Source: a virus | Lineage: Duplodnaviria; Caudoviricetes | Reading direction: 5' to 3' (one strand) | DNA: 54,445 nucleotides | Virus record (IMG/VR): IMGVR_UViG_3300025138_000051 | Location: 1 to 54,445 of that record | Part shown: positions 36,033-46,500 of the stretch, piece after piece | How positions within the stretch are numbered: the stretch's first letter is position 1 | Layout of the letters: each line of letters starts with the position of its first letter | The notes under the pieces: model-generated | Database searches by the model: none | Seen by the model: the letters and a program-made list of their open reading frames with translations, nothing else | Told to the model about the DNA's origin: nothing | Program-made: the position numbers and the translations under genes

Positions 36033-38468
36033 TTATCTTGGGTTAAATTCTGCTAAATCAAAACCATCTAAACTATCTTCATTAGATTCAAAAGTTATTG
36101 GAGGTAAGTTTCTTTTTCTTTGCTCAATCATTTTAGATTGCTGCGAGTTAGCCATAGTAATTCTATCTGATTTTCCCTTTTCTTTAGCTTCTTCACGTAA
36201 ATCAATTTGTTTTTGTTCTAAACCTCTTAGTTGCATATTATATGCAAATTCAGTTTCCATTAGTTGTGCTTTTAATGCAGCTTCGTTTTTAAGCTTCTCG
36301 ATATCCATAGCAACTTCTTGTTGTTTTAATTGCATCTTACCTTGGATTTCCATTTGTGCTTTTTGTTGGTCAGCTTGAGCCTGAGCCATTATACCAGCTT
36401 GTTGTTGTTCAGCTTGTGCTGCTTGTTGTTGTTGCATTTGTTGCATTTCTGCATCCTGCTTTCTTTTTCTTTTTACTTTTAATAATTGGTTAGCCATTTT
36501 TAAATTATGGATTTCCCTAATATCAATAGCGTCTTCTAAGCTTATATCATTTTTAGATAAAGCCATTTGTATGTTTTGTTCAAGCATTTGCTTTTGTTCC
36601 TCATCAGGAGACATTTCTAAGAAAACACCAAAATCATATAAATAAAAATCTTTTAAATCTTCTAATATTCTTAAATTGTATTTACCGATTTGCATAGCAA
36701 ATTGATTTTTGAAATCGGAATATTCTAAAATATCTGCAGTTCTTATAACTACACCTTCTGCTAATCTTTTAGTCATAAATAAACTACTGTTTAATATATG
36801 TCTTGTAGCAGTATTAGAACTAAGAGCTGCAAGTTTTTGAACACCTACTAAAGCATCTGGGTTAGGACTTGAAGCATCTCGTGCTTCATTTAATCCTGTG
36901 ACTGTTCTAATCATATCCATATAATGATTATAGTTACCTATAAGCATTTGAAGTTTTCCAGCACCACTACTTGAAGTTAATTGTTGAATAGGTTGTCTTG
37001 CATTATTAAACTCTCCATCTTGAGTATAAGACCTACCTACTACAGAACCTGTTTGGAAGTAAAGTCTTAAAGCATCTTCTGGGTTGTATGCGTTTCCTGT
37101 TCCTAAGTCAACTTCATTTAAACCATCAGCATCAATGAAAACTCCATCAGGAACAACACGTGAAACTACTTGTTGTATTTTTAAATGTGTAATTTGTATC
37201 AAGTCTGCAAAAGGAATCATTCTTCTAACTAAAGACTCGTAAACTCCTTTATACATTCTTGGCGCACAAGCCACATAATTTGGTAAAGCATGTTGAGATG
37301 CAGATTTAGGTCTTACCATATTTTCTGCCAGTTCCCATTTTAGCATAATGTTAGTACCCATAACCATAATACCATCATACCAAACTTCTATATTTTTTTC
37401 TATTCTTTCAAATTTACCCTCCTCTTGCATTTCTGTTGGAGGATTAAATTCATCGTTTTTACTTACTACTTTGAAACTACCGTCCGCCATTTCTTTCTTT
37501 TTATAAACAAAAGAATGAGTCGTTTTATAATTGAAATATAATAAAGTAACAGTGTCACGCATAAACATACTATTCTCATAGTACTGTGCGTTATTATAAT
37601 AGTTGTACCAAGATTGACTATACTTGGATATAGTTTCCATTTCTTCATTTGTAATATCAGGATTTATTTTAACCAACTCTGTCATTGGTATAGTTTTAAT
37701 TTCTCCCCAATAAAAACAATCTTTAAAATAAGGATCTTCTGTATAGCTATAAACAACATTAGCTGGATCAACATAATCTAATTGAACACCTTGTCCTGGC
37801 AAAAATTGATGTTTTGCCATACTAACTCCAAGAGTCATCAAATCGTAATCACATCTTTTTCTAATTTCTTGATATTGGTTTTTATTTAAAATCGTATCAA
37901 TTGCTTCTTCTGCAGCAATTTCTATTGCTGGTTTGTACTTCATTTGCATAAACAACTGAAGTTCTTCGTCATCATTAGGAAGTTCAGATTCTTCTGTTTG
38001 AAAAACATTAACTCCAAAGTCTTGTTCGATTTGTTGAAATAAAGGTCGAGCTATCATCTCACCTTCTATTTGTTTTTGAAACTCATTTCTTTTTTCAGCC
38101 GACATTGCGTCTTCCGCAAATGCTTTTACTTTAAAAAGTCGGTCATTCAATCCATTAACTACTATGTCTACAAATTTAGGAATAACAGGAACTGGTGTCC
38201 AATCTAAATTTAAGTAACTTAAATCTCCGTCTACTGCAATTTCGTTTTTATACTTAGATACAGATTGTTCTCCACGAGCATAAAGTCTAAGTCTGTTAAA
38301 CTCTCCCCATTGATTAAAAAATCTACATGTACTATTATCTTTTCTAAACCACTCGTACTGTATCGCCTGCCCTACTTGTAGGCCGTACTCCATGGTATCT
38401 TTTTGTGCGTCAGTAACAAACTGATCAGGAAAAGCGGCTTGATTAATTTGTATATTTACCTCTTTCAT
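36033..38468 (-). CDS. portal protein
   Basis: 811 aa after TerL; PVIPKFVDIVV and TGLNEARD motifs; Gln-rich C-terminal coiled coil. Confidence 0.9.
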   Translation of the reverse strand: MKEVNIQINQAAFPDQFVTDAQKDTMEYGLQVGQAIQYEWFRKDNSTCRFFNQWGEFNRLRLYARGEQSVSKYKNEIAVDGDLSYLNLDWTPVPVIPKFVDIVVNGLNDRLFKVKAFAEDAMSAEKRNEFQKQIEGEMIARPLFQQIEQDFGVNVFQTEESELPNDDEELQLFMQMKYKPAIEIAAEEAIDTILNKNQYQEIRKRCDYDLMTLGVSMAKHQFLPGQGVQLDYVDPANVVYSYTEDPYFKDCFYWGEIKTIPMTELVKINPDITNEEMETISKYSQSWYNYYNNAQYYENSMFMRDTVTLLYFNYKTTHSFVYKKKEMADGSFKVVSKNDEFNPPTEMQEEGKFERIEKNIEVWYDGIMVMGTNIMLKWELAENMVRPKSASQHALPNYVACAPRMYKGVYESLVRRMIPFADLIQITHLKIQQVVSRVVPDGVFIDADGLNEVDLGTGNAYNPEDALRLYFQTGSVVGRSYTQDGEFNNARQPIQQLTSSSGAGKLQMLIGNYNHYMDMIRTVTGLNEARDASSPNPDALVGVQKLAALSSNTATRHILNSSLFMTKRLAEGVVIRTADILEYSDFKNQFAMQIGKYNLRILEDLKDFYLYDFGVFLEMSPDEEQKQMLEQNIQMALSKNDISLEDAIDIREIHNLKMANQLLKVKRKRKQDAEMQQMQQQQAAQAEQQQAGIMAQAQADQQKAQMEIQGKMQLKQQEVAMDIEKLKNEAALKAQLMETEFAYNMQLRGLEQKQIDLREEAKEKGKSDRITMANSQQSKMIEQRKRNLPPITFESNEDSLDGFDLAEFNPR

Positions 38469-40717
38469 CTATTATTTATTCTACTGCGAGAATCAGTGTT
38501 GTTATATGTTGCAAATTTAATGCTTATTTTCGTCTTTTCTCTTGACGGTGTATATAAGTGTTTTTGGTTGGCCATTATAGCTAATCCAGAGCTTATCGAA
38601 GCATCAAACTTAGTTCTATTATTTATGTCAAATTTTGCCCAATCTTCTAATGTTCTTTGAAAATAAGTATCACCCATATCTCCTTCCGTTCTATAAATAC
38701 CACCCATATCTAATCCTACATATTTTTCTATATACGACTCAATAGCAGACGCATGTGATTGTTTTACATCTTCAGAAGTGTTTGGTATACCCCCTAATTC
38801 TTTTTCAGTCTTAGAAAGCTTATTAATTGTTTTGTCAGGCCTATTTAAACTAAACCCTCTATAACCTCTATTCTTAAAATGATAAAGTAATCGAGGCTTA
38901 TTGTTTTCACACAATATTGGCATCCCATAAAACACACAAGCCATTAATACTTCTTCAAAAAATATTTCAGCTGTTTGAGGTCTGGCTATGTATTCTAAAA
39001 AGAAATGATTACTTGGCATCTCTTCCATAGAAAATTTTGTTAAACCATGTAAAGAACCATTAGATCCTTTTCCAACTACAACACCTGATATGTCATAAGA
39101 ATCACAACCAAACGAACCTAAATGTTCATTTCCTGGAAAAAATCTGCCATTCTTTTTAATAACATTATTTTGTAACGCTACTTTTGGCATGTAAGTTACA
39201 AAAAATCTACCTCTTTTATTTGGAGTCCAAATAACCTTAGTATCTTTAATACCATCTTTCCAACTAAACGAACCTTGTGTTATAAAATGTTCTTTAACTA
39301 AAGAGTCATTATAATCTATTTGTTGATATATTTTTGTTAAATTAAATAAAGATTGTTTACTTTCATCTCTAAATGCATGTGATTCAGTTCGAGGGAATTG
39401 TCTGTAAAATTCATTTAAAGCATCTGGATCTGTACTTAAAGAATTAACTTCATTTTTCCAATAATCAATTGCTCCTTGATAAATTATTTCATCATCAATA
39501 CCCTTTACTGGTTTTTCTGGAGTGTCTAAAACAGGCATACCATACTGATCTATAAAACCTTCCATATTCCATTCCATAGGAACGAAAAGGGAATATAATC
39601 CACTTTTAGTTTGACCATTTTTATTTCGCTTTGAAACATCAGAGTCATTAAAAAGTTGTTTAAAATTCCTACCTCCTTTATCTAAAGCGTTAGATGTAGA
39701 TCCCATCATACATTTTCCAACAATTTTACTACCTAATCTTAAACATGTTTTTGTAACACGCCAGTTATTTAAAATATTATCAGGTCTTTCCCATTTTCCA
39801 GATTCGTCATGTACAAGTAACTTTAATTTTTCACCATCGTAACTATTATCTCCTGTGTTTTTCCAATCAATAGTTGTGTCTAATCCTTCAAGTTGTTCTT
39901 CTTCATCTATTACAAACATATTTTTTTTTGTAATTTTTGCAGCAGGAACTCTATATGCTAATTCTGTTTTTGGCTTATCCATACCATCTTGTATGGGTTT
40001 AAAGAAAAAAGGATAGTTATTTGAAATAGGAACAACTTTATCAGTAAACATTTTTTTAGCATCTGAACCAGTTTTAGATAATATACCTATACGTGCATCT
40101 TTAGCAAGAGTTGCTAAGTTTACACATTCTTCAGAACCCATATATGAAAAACCTGAACGTCTAATTTTTAAATAACAAATACCAAAACTTCTTTTGTCAG
40201 CTTTACAAGCTTCCCAGTATAAGTAAAATATTCTATTAGCTTCACGAAAATCTGGTAAACCTACATCAATTTTTGTCCACTGTAAGTACATATAGTGAGA
40301 CCCTGTTACATATGTAGGAACTCCATTGTTATAAAACCAATGACCAAACTCTCTTCTATTAAACTCTTTTTCTATATAATCAACCCATTGTTCTTTAAAA
40401 CTATTAGGCATTGAATGCCATTGGAATATAGTAGATATTCTTTTAAGTGTTTTTGAATACTCTGAAACCTCCCAGTACTGATTTGATTTTTCAGGTGATC
40501 TTTTGTATATTTCTTTTGGAGTATTTGGAAGAGCAACTTTTAAATTATTTATATTATAGATATCTCCTATTGTGCCGTCACGTGATATAATAACCATGTC
40601 GTACTTTTCATTATAACCATATTGCCAAGATCTTTTACGATTCTTTAACACCCTGGTTTGTTTAGGGACAACACTGTTTACTTTTATATATAAACTATTT
40701 TGATTTTGATTCTGCAA
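38465..40717 (-). CDS. terL: terminase large subunit
   Basis: Walker A variant LKIRRSGFS, Walker B LLVHDESGK, GST coupling motif, nuclease FGCDSYD...KFD. Confidence 0.92.
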   Translation of the reverse strand: MQNQNQNSLYIKVNSVVPKQTRVLKNRKRSWQYGYNEKYDMVIISRDGTIGDIYNINNLKVALPNTPKEIYKRSPEKSNQYWEVSEYSKTLKRISTIFQWHSMPNSFKEQWVDYIEKEFNRREFGHWFYNNGVPTYVTGSHYMYLQWTKIDVGLPDFREANRIFYLYWEACKADKRSFGICYLKIRRSGFSYMGSEECVNLATLAKDARIGILSKTGSDAKKMFTDKVVPISNNYPFFFKPIQDGMDKPKTELAYRVPAAKITKKNMFVIDEEEQLEGLDTTIDWKNTGDNSYDGEKLKLLVHDESGKWERPDNILNNWRVTKTCLRLGSKIVGKCMMGSTSNALDKGGRNFKQLFNDSDVSKRNKNGQTKSGLYSLFVPMEWNMEGFIDQYGMPVLDTPEKPVKGIDDEIIYQGAIDYWKNEVNSLSTDPDALNEFYRQFPRTESHAFRDESKQSLFNLTKIYQQIDYNDSLVKEHFITQGSFSWKDGIKDTKVIWTPNKRGRFFVTYMPKVALQNNVIKKNGRFFPGNEHLGSFGCDSYDISGVVVGKGSNGSLHGLTKFSMEEMPSNHFFLEYIARPQTAEIFFEEVLMACVFYGMPILCENNKPRLLYHFKNRGYRGFSLNRPDKTINKLSKTEKELGGIPNTSEDVKQSHASAIESYIEKYVGLDMGGIYRTEGDMGDTYFQRTLEDWAKFDINNRTKFDASISSGLAIMANQKHLYTPSREKTKISIKFATYNNTDSRSRINNR

Positions 40718-40970
40718 ATCCTTTAGGTAAATTATTAGTTTTTCTTTCTATTCCGTTAATTTTATCTTCTTCTTCTTCAATACGTTTAAGAATATCAAAC
40801 GCATCAAATATTGCAAGCTTCTTAGTTGCAGCTGCATTTTTTAATCTATCAGCAGCAAGTTCATCTTCAGGGTCACCAGTAATAATTTTTTCATTAGCAA
40901 CTTTAATTAGGTGCTTCACAGCCTTTTCACCTGCTTGAATTATTTGTATTTTTAAACTTACTATATCCAT
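40695..40970 (-). CDS. putative terminase small subunit
   Basis: 91 aa helical protein overlapping the TerL start, ends KGFAESKSK. Confidence 0.6.
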   Translation of the reverse strand: MDIVSLKIQIIQAGEKAVKHLIKVANEKIITGDPEDELAADRLKNAAATKKLAIFDAFDILKRIEEEEDKINGIERKTNNLPKGFAESKSK

Positions 40971-41539
40971 TACTTAAATTTATAAAACATTACAAATACT
41001 TTACGTCCTTCTTCCCAAGATTTATTAGGATATTTACTATGAAAATAATTAGATGGATAAGAAACTAATCTATTTTCTTCATAACCAACTACCGTACTTA
41101 ATCTCCATTTATTCAAATCTTCTGAATCTAATTTAAGTATTTTATCATACTCATCATCAGACATATTTTTTGGCATTTCTTTTCCATAAATATTGTGTTC
41201 CCAAAAAGCCGTTCCATTTAATTCTTCTAACTCTCTTGGTGATAAATATAATACTATAGCCCTATCAGGTTTCTGACCTTTAATATTCAAGTCTGAATGA
41301 ATACCCCAAGTTATATCTAATTTATCCGTAGATACTCTAAAAAAACTTAGTATGTTTTCTAATTCTCTTTCTTCTTTTTGTTGTAAAATATCTAAGATAA
41401 AATAATCAAAATCTTCATTAGATTCTAAAACATAAAAATCCTTACCACCAGATATTTTCTTTTGGAAAGGATTATCTAAATATTCTTTAATTATTTTTAA
41501 AAAATCTTTATCGATAACATCATCTAATATATAAATCAT
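40970..41539 (-). CDS. 2OG-Fe(II) oxygenase-fold protein (DUF6445-like)
   Basis: IHSD (HxD), IVLYL, GTAFW, NRLVSY...FHS (distal His) and terminal R..V.F. Confidence 0.8.
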   Translation of the reverse strand: MIYILDDVIDKDFLKIIKEYLDNPFQKKISGGKDFYVLESNEDFDYFILDILQQKEERELENILSFFRVSTDKLDITWGIHSDLNIKGQKPDRAIVLYLSPRELEELNGTAFWEHNIYGKEMPKNMSDDEYDKILKLDSEDLNKWRLSTVVGYEENRLVSYPSNYFHSKYPNKSWEEGRKVFVMFYKFK

Positions 41540-42102
41540 AGTTTTATGGTTATATTATCAGTGTACATTCTGTATAATAAATCTCCTTCTATAACAAATT
41601 CATATTCACTAAAAGGCTCATAACAAATTTGATCTCCTTTTTTTAAACCAAGTTCTTCTAATTGTTTATTTAGATAAACTAATTCTCCATGTAGAGGTTC
41701 ATTTTTAACACCACTACCTATAATATAAGAATCTTTTTTTGCAATAGGTTTTACAAAACAATATTTATCGAAAGCATTCCATTTATTATTTTTTTTATAA
41801 AGAAAAAACTGATCAAAATCTACAATAAATAAATCGTCTTTAATCCAGCTTCTACCGCTTTTTTGCCTACCATACATATCATTATAATATTTAAAAACAT
41901 TATGATGAACTAATATAGTATCTCCAATAGAAACCTCACCTTTATAATTTATAGGGACATTAACTACTTCTGCAAACCTATTTGAAACTGTATGATCTTC
42001 TTCAGAAACACTAATGATTAATTCTTTATCACCATAGTTTCTAATATTATCATATCTTCTGCCATTTACTGGCTTTACTATAAATGAATATGGGGATTGC
42101 AT
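41536..42102 (-). CDS. tandem GroES-like co-chaperonin
   Basis: Two repeats of F(I)VKP...(A/G)E(V/L)V...GD.I pattern. Confidence 0.65.
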   Translation of the reverse strand: MQSPYSFIVKPVNGRRYDNIRNYGDKELIISVSEEDHTVSNRFAEVVNVPINYKGEVSIGDTILVHHNVFKYYNDMYGRQKSGRSWIKDDLFIVDFDQFFLYKKNNKWNAFDKYCFVKPIAKKDSYIIGSGVKNEPLHGELVYLNKQLEELGLKKGDQICYEPFSEYEFVIEGDLLYRMYTDNITIKL

Positions 42103-42326
42103 TAAAAGTTTATATTATATTCCAAAGATATAGGCATAGTCATTTTAAATTCTTTCCAAAGTAATACCTCATCTCCGTTCATAATCCATATTTTATATGA
42201 ATCCATAACTTTATCGTGTTGTATTAAATGAATAACATATGATCCACCTAAAACCTCTTGGCCAACAATATAATGCATTGCGCCAGATTTATAATCTGAT
42301 CCTATGGAGATTTTTCTTATGTCCAA
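42102..42326 (-). CDS. hypothetical protein
   Basis: 74 aa, TAATG-coupled to the GroES-like gene. Confidence 0.8.
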   Translation of the reverse strand: MDIRKISIGSDYKSGAMHYIVGQEVLGGSYVIHLIQHDKVMDSYKIWIMNGDEVLLWKEFKMTMPISLEYNINF

Positions 42327-42335
42327 TTTATTAAA

Positions 42336-42866
42336 TTAAAATGTAGACCCTGTAGTCAAAACTCTATAATAAACATTAATAAACATTTTTCCATCTCCTT
42401 GCGAAGGATTGGCTGATGTTTTTAAGTTTAAAGCTTGTCCAGGGGATAGGGTTACAGAGTTACCGCTTCCTACCATAACTTTAGCAACATTATTAGCAGC
42501 ACTATTTACAGATGCTTTAGGCAAAGTTCCCATTAACACAGAATTATAATCAAATGTTAAGTCATTTCCAAAATTATAAACTGTTGTTCCTGGAACAAAA
42601 TTAATAGAAATAGATAATATATCTATAACCTTGTCTGATCCAGGAGATGCAATTAAAACTTTAGATGTAGAAGCTAAGGTTTGTAACTGTGCTGATGTAA
42701 CCTCTACATGAGCCACCAACGTATCTATCCCAAAAAATGATTGTAGTTGACTAACAGTACAAGACTTAGTCATTAACTGGTTTTCTTTGTCAGTTAAAAT
42801 TAAATAATCATCTAAATCTAAATTTAGTATTTGTGGATATGCCGTTGTGTTACTTATTCTTGCCAT
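42336..42866 (-). CDS. short fibre/spike-like virion protein
   Basis: N-terminus resembles that of 51190-51915; beta-rich C-terminal domain. Confidence 0.65.
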   Translation of the reverse strand: MARISNTTAYPQILNLDLDDYLILTDKENQLMTKSCTVSQLQSFFGIDTLVAHVEVTSAQLQTLASTSKVLIASPGSDKVIDILSISINFVPGTTVYNFGNDLTFDYNSVLMGTLPKASVNSAANNVAKVMVGSGNSVTLSPGQALNLKTSANPSQGDGKMFINVYYRVLTTGSTF

Positions 42867-43124
42867 TTATTCTTTTTTTTCTTCAGGCTGAGTAACCTCT
42901 CCTGTTTGTAAATTTATAGTAGCGTTTTCGCCATATTTTTCAGCAAGTACTTTTTCTTGCTTTTTAAAATCTTTTTGAACTTCACTTAATTCTGCAACTA
43001 ATTGTTGTTGTTGAATTACAGCATCTGCAATCGCAACTTTAGTTTGCATAAATTTTTGATTTAATTCTTGAATGACTACTAATTCATCTGCATTCAATTT
43101 TACGGACTCTTCTTTTTTACTCAT
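42867..43124 (-). CDS. coiled-coil hypothetical protein
   Basis: 85 aa, ends YGENATINLQTGE. Confidence 0.8.
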   Translation of the reverse strand: MSKKEESVKLNADELVVIQELNQKFMQTKVAIADAVIQQQQLVAELSEVQKDFKKQEKVLAEKYGENATINLQTGEVTQPEEKKE

Positions 43125-43156
43125 AATATTAAATTTAATTTGTTATTTATTTTATA

Positions 43157-43164
43157 CAAATATA
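43157..43164 (-). promoter_or_regulatory. late promoter -7 element TATATTTG
   Basis: Intergenic between 43124 and 43181. Confidence 0.65.
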
Positions 43165-43180
43165 CTAATTTTATTTTTGC

Positions 43181-43513
43181 CTAAATAGAATCTTGCCACG
43201 TAAAATACAACTCTTCATTTACTGGACTTTTTTCAACTTGTATGGCTGCAGAAATAGTTGCTTTCATTTCATCTACATCTACAGATCCTTCTAACCAACC
43301 TATCACTACGTTTTCAAAAGCTTCCGTATTTTCATATGGCACAAAAGGATCACCAAATTTATAAGTAAAATCTTGTTCTCCATTTTCAGCACTCATATAA
43401 ACGTCTTCTTGTCCTACATAAGTCCACTGCACTTTGTGTATTACATTGCTTTCGCCTTCTGATTCAACATAAGCTTCCATTTTTGAAATTACCCATTTAT
43501 AATTAATTGCCAT
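43181..43513 (-). CDS. putative tail-fibre assembly/chaperone protein
   Basis: Acidic 110 aa directly after the fibre gene; Y.W.I...V.W...FVPY...VIGWL pattern. Confidence 0.6.
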   Translation of the reverse strand: MAINYKWVISKMEAYVESEGESNVIHKVQWTYVGQEDVYMSAENGEQDFTYKFGDPFVPYENTEAFENVVIGWLEGSVDVDEMKATISAAIQVEKSPVNEELYFTWQDSI

Positions 43514-43517
43514 AATT

Positions 43518-46500
43518 TTATTTTTCTAATTGTTCTATTCTTGCTTTTAAATCTTCTATCATCACTTGTTGCTCCTTTACCGCATTTATTAGTACAGCAG
43601 TTAAATCTGAGTATGCTACTGACTTAAGTCCGTCATCTTCATTTTCTAATATAAGTTCTGGTAAAACAGCTTCAACTTCTTGTGCTATAACACCAACTTT
43701 TTTTACTTCGGTGTTGAAATCAGTTCTGTTGTAATAAACACCTCTCATAGCTTGAACCTTACCAATACAATCGTCTATTTCAACTATATTTTCTTTTGTT
43801 CTTATATCAGATAATTGAGTTAACGTACCATTAATAGTCATGTTGGCAGTTGAAGGGAAAAATCTATATCTAATTGACCCTCCATCTCTCCAGTATACAT
43901 TACCACAATTCATGTCAAAGTAAGTATCGGCATTATTTGTGTGAAATCTAAAGTGATTTGCTGATGCGTTATTTCCTAAATAGAAATCACCTACGCCAGT
44001 AGTTGTTCTTACTAATGAAGTTCCGTTTACATGAAATTTTGCTAATGGTGTTACACCAATACCACAATCTTGATTTATTACAGTAGCAAAATTATTAACT
44101 GATATTCTATAAGCTCCACCAGTTGCAAATTGTATTGTATCCGAAGCTGGGTTAAACATACCAGTGTTTGTATCACTTGTAAAAGCAATACTTGGTTGAA
44201 AAGCATTTCCACTTGTATATCTACCACGTCCTGCTACAATATTCCCTACCGCTTCAAGGTTACCTTGAGATCTAATGTTTGTGGATACGTTTAATTCAGA
44301 TCCATTAGCATCAAGTCTTACATCAAAATCAGATGTACCTGTGTTGCTTGTGTGAAAATCTATATATCTACCTATTTCAGTTACTGCACCAACAATCGCT
44401 ACTCCACCATTATGCCAAGCTCCACTTACTGGTTTTAATACACTGATAGTACCTGTGCTTGTAATTGTTCCACCTAATACAGGTGATGTTGTAGCAATTG
44501 ACGTAACTCCAGAAGAAGTTTTATAACCAGCGTCATTTGGAAATAAATTATTAGGAATATTGCTTGGTGTTGTTTTGAATTGACTACCACTTGATGTGGT
44601 TATTGCAAACGAGTCAGATGATGTCATATCTCCTGTTGCGGAACTTAATTCTGATAAATCAACATTTAAAGTTACACTACCTGAAGTACCGCCACCGTCT
44701 AATAAAGTTCCAGCAGTTACTGCTGTAATATCTCCAGTGTTAGTTGTAAATCCTCTACCGTTAGTTAATTGATTATTATTTGTAATAGTACAATTTAATG
44801 TAACTGCTCCACTTGAACCGCCACCACTCATGTTTGTACCTGCAGTAACACTTGTTATATCTCCCGAATTATTAGTGAATGGCAAGTTACTTATAGTTGA
44901 TTTAGCAACATTATTTGTAGATGCACTACTAACAAGTATTTGATCTGAAGTACTTAGCGTACCTGTAGCTGTGTTAGGTGCATCTAATATAATATTATCA
45001 CTTCCTGCGTAATCTACACTAATAGTAGGCGTTCCACTTGAACCACCACCTGTTAATCCATCTCCAGCAGTTACACCATCTATATCACCAGTACCACCTG
45101 TAGTTACTGCGGTCACTCTTCCATAAGCGTCTACAGTTATATTATCTATTTTAACAGAGTTGGATGTAGAACCATATGTTCCAGCTCCAACACCACCTGT
45201 TGCCATATTAAGTGTGACAGAGCCAGATGTGCCTCCTCCAGTAAGATTAGTTCCTGCAGTTACAGCAGTAATGTCTCCAGTATTAGATGTAAATCCAGCA
45301 TCGTTACTAAATATACTAAGCCCTATTTCATTAGCGGCTTTTCTTCTTTCAGCACCACTATCTAATACTATGAACTCATCAGTACCAGTCATCGTAGCTG
45401 TCATATCAGTAAGTTCTGATAAATCTAAAGTAATAGTAAAGTTAACGTTGGCAGATGAATTAGCGGAAAATGTTTGTGTACCACCGTCAAGACCTGTACC
45501 TGTGGACATTGTAAGCAAACCATTACCAACTGAAGGTATTGAAGATGAGGTTATATATCCTGCACCATTTGTAAGTTGGTTATTGTTTGTAATATAATTT
45601 GCATTAGTTGCACCTGTATAACCAAGTGTGGCTAATGTAGTTGTGGCAGATGTTAGACTTGTAACATGACCATATGTATCTAATGTTACATCTTGTATAT
45701 ATGTATTGCCTGAGTTATTTACAGAACCTTGACTTGATGTATCTGCATGTGATAAAGTTCCAGTTGAAGTTATTGTTCCACCTGTTAATCCACCACCAGT
45801 TGCTACAGAAGTTACACCTGAAACTACTGAACTTGAAGCTGCTCCTATAAAAGTTCTAATAGCAGAAGCATCACTACAAAAACGTATGTAGTTGTCTGTT
45901 GTACTGGTTCTAAATGCTATTGCTCCACCTATAGTACTTTGATTTTGATAATTAGATCTAAATAATCTTGCGTTAATATCAGCAGCTGAATCTCTATAAG
46001 CAATAGTACTTGCTGTTGCAGCAGTTGTTGCGTTTGAAGTTACTGTAAATGTAGTGTTACCACTTTGATTTGCAGTAGCATCCATAGAACCGCTTAATCC
46101 ATTACCACTTGTTCTTCCGTCTATTTGACCATTACCAACTGATGGTAAAGATGATGATGTTATGTATCCAGCTCCATTTGTTATAGCATTATTATTTAAT
46201 GATATATTAGCTGATCCATTAAATGAAACACCAGCTATAGTTCTTGCTGTTTGCAATACAGTTGCAGATCCTGCGTTACCAGATACTGTTGTTTGAACAA
46301 TATTAGGTTTTGTATTAGTTATAGTTAATGTTCCTCCACTTGAAGTAGAAGTGAGTTCAGACTGTATACCATTACCCTGTGCAAAAGTTACTGTTTCGCC
46401 ATTTGTAACAGTACTTGTTTCTGTTCCATTCCCTTCTTTTAACGTCCAAGAAGACATATTACCTACTTGTGAATTATCTACCTTTGTCCATGTTGTATTA

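Noticed and set aside
13912-38660. Short + strand ORFs inside large - strand genes (e.g. 18697, 20386, 33335, 35679, 35977)
   Set aside because: Opposite to the arm's polarity, almost entirely nested in real genes, and their composition is typical of reverse-frame shadows.
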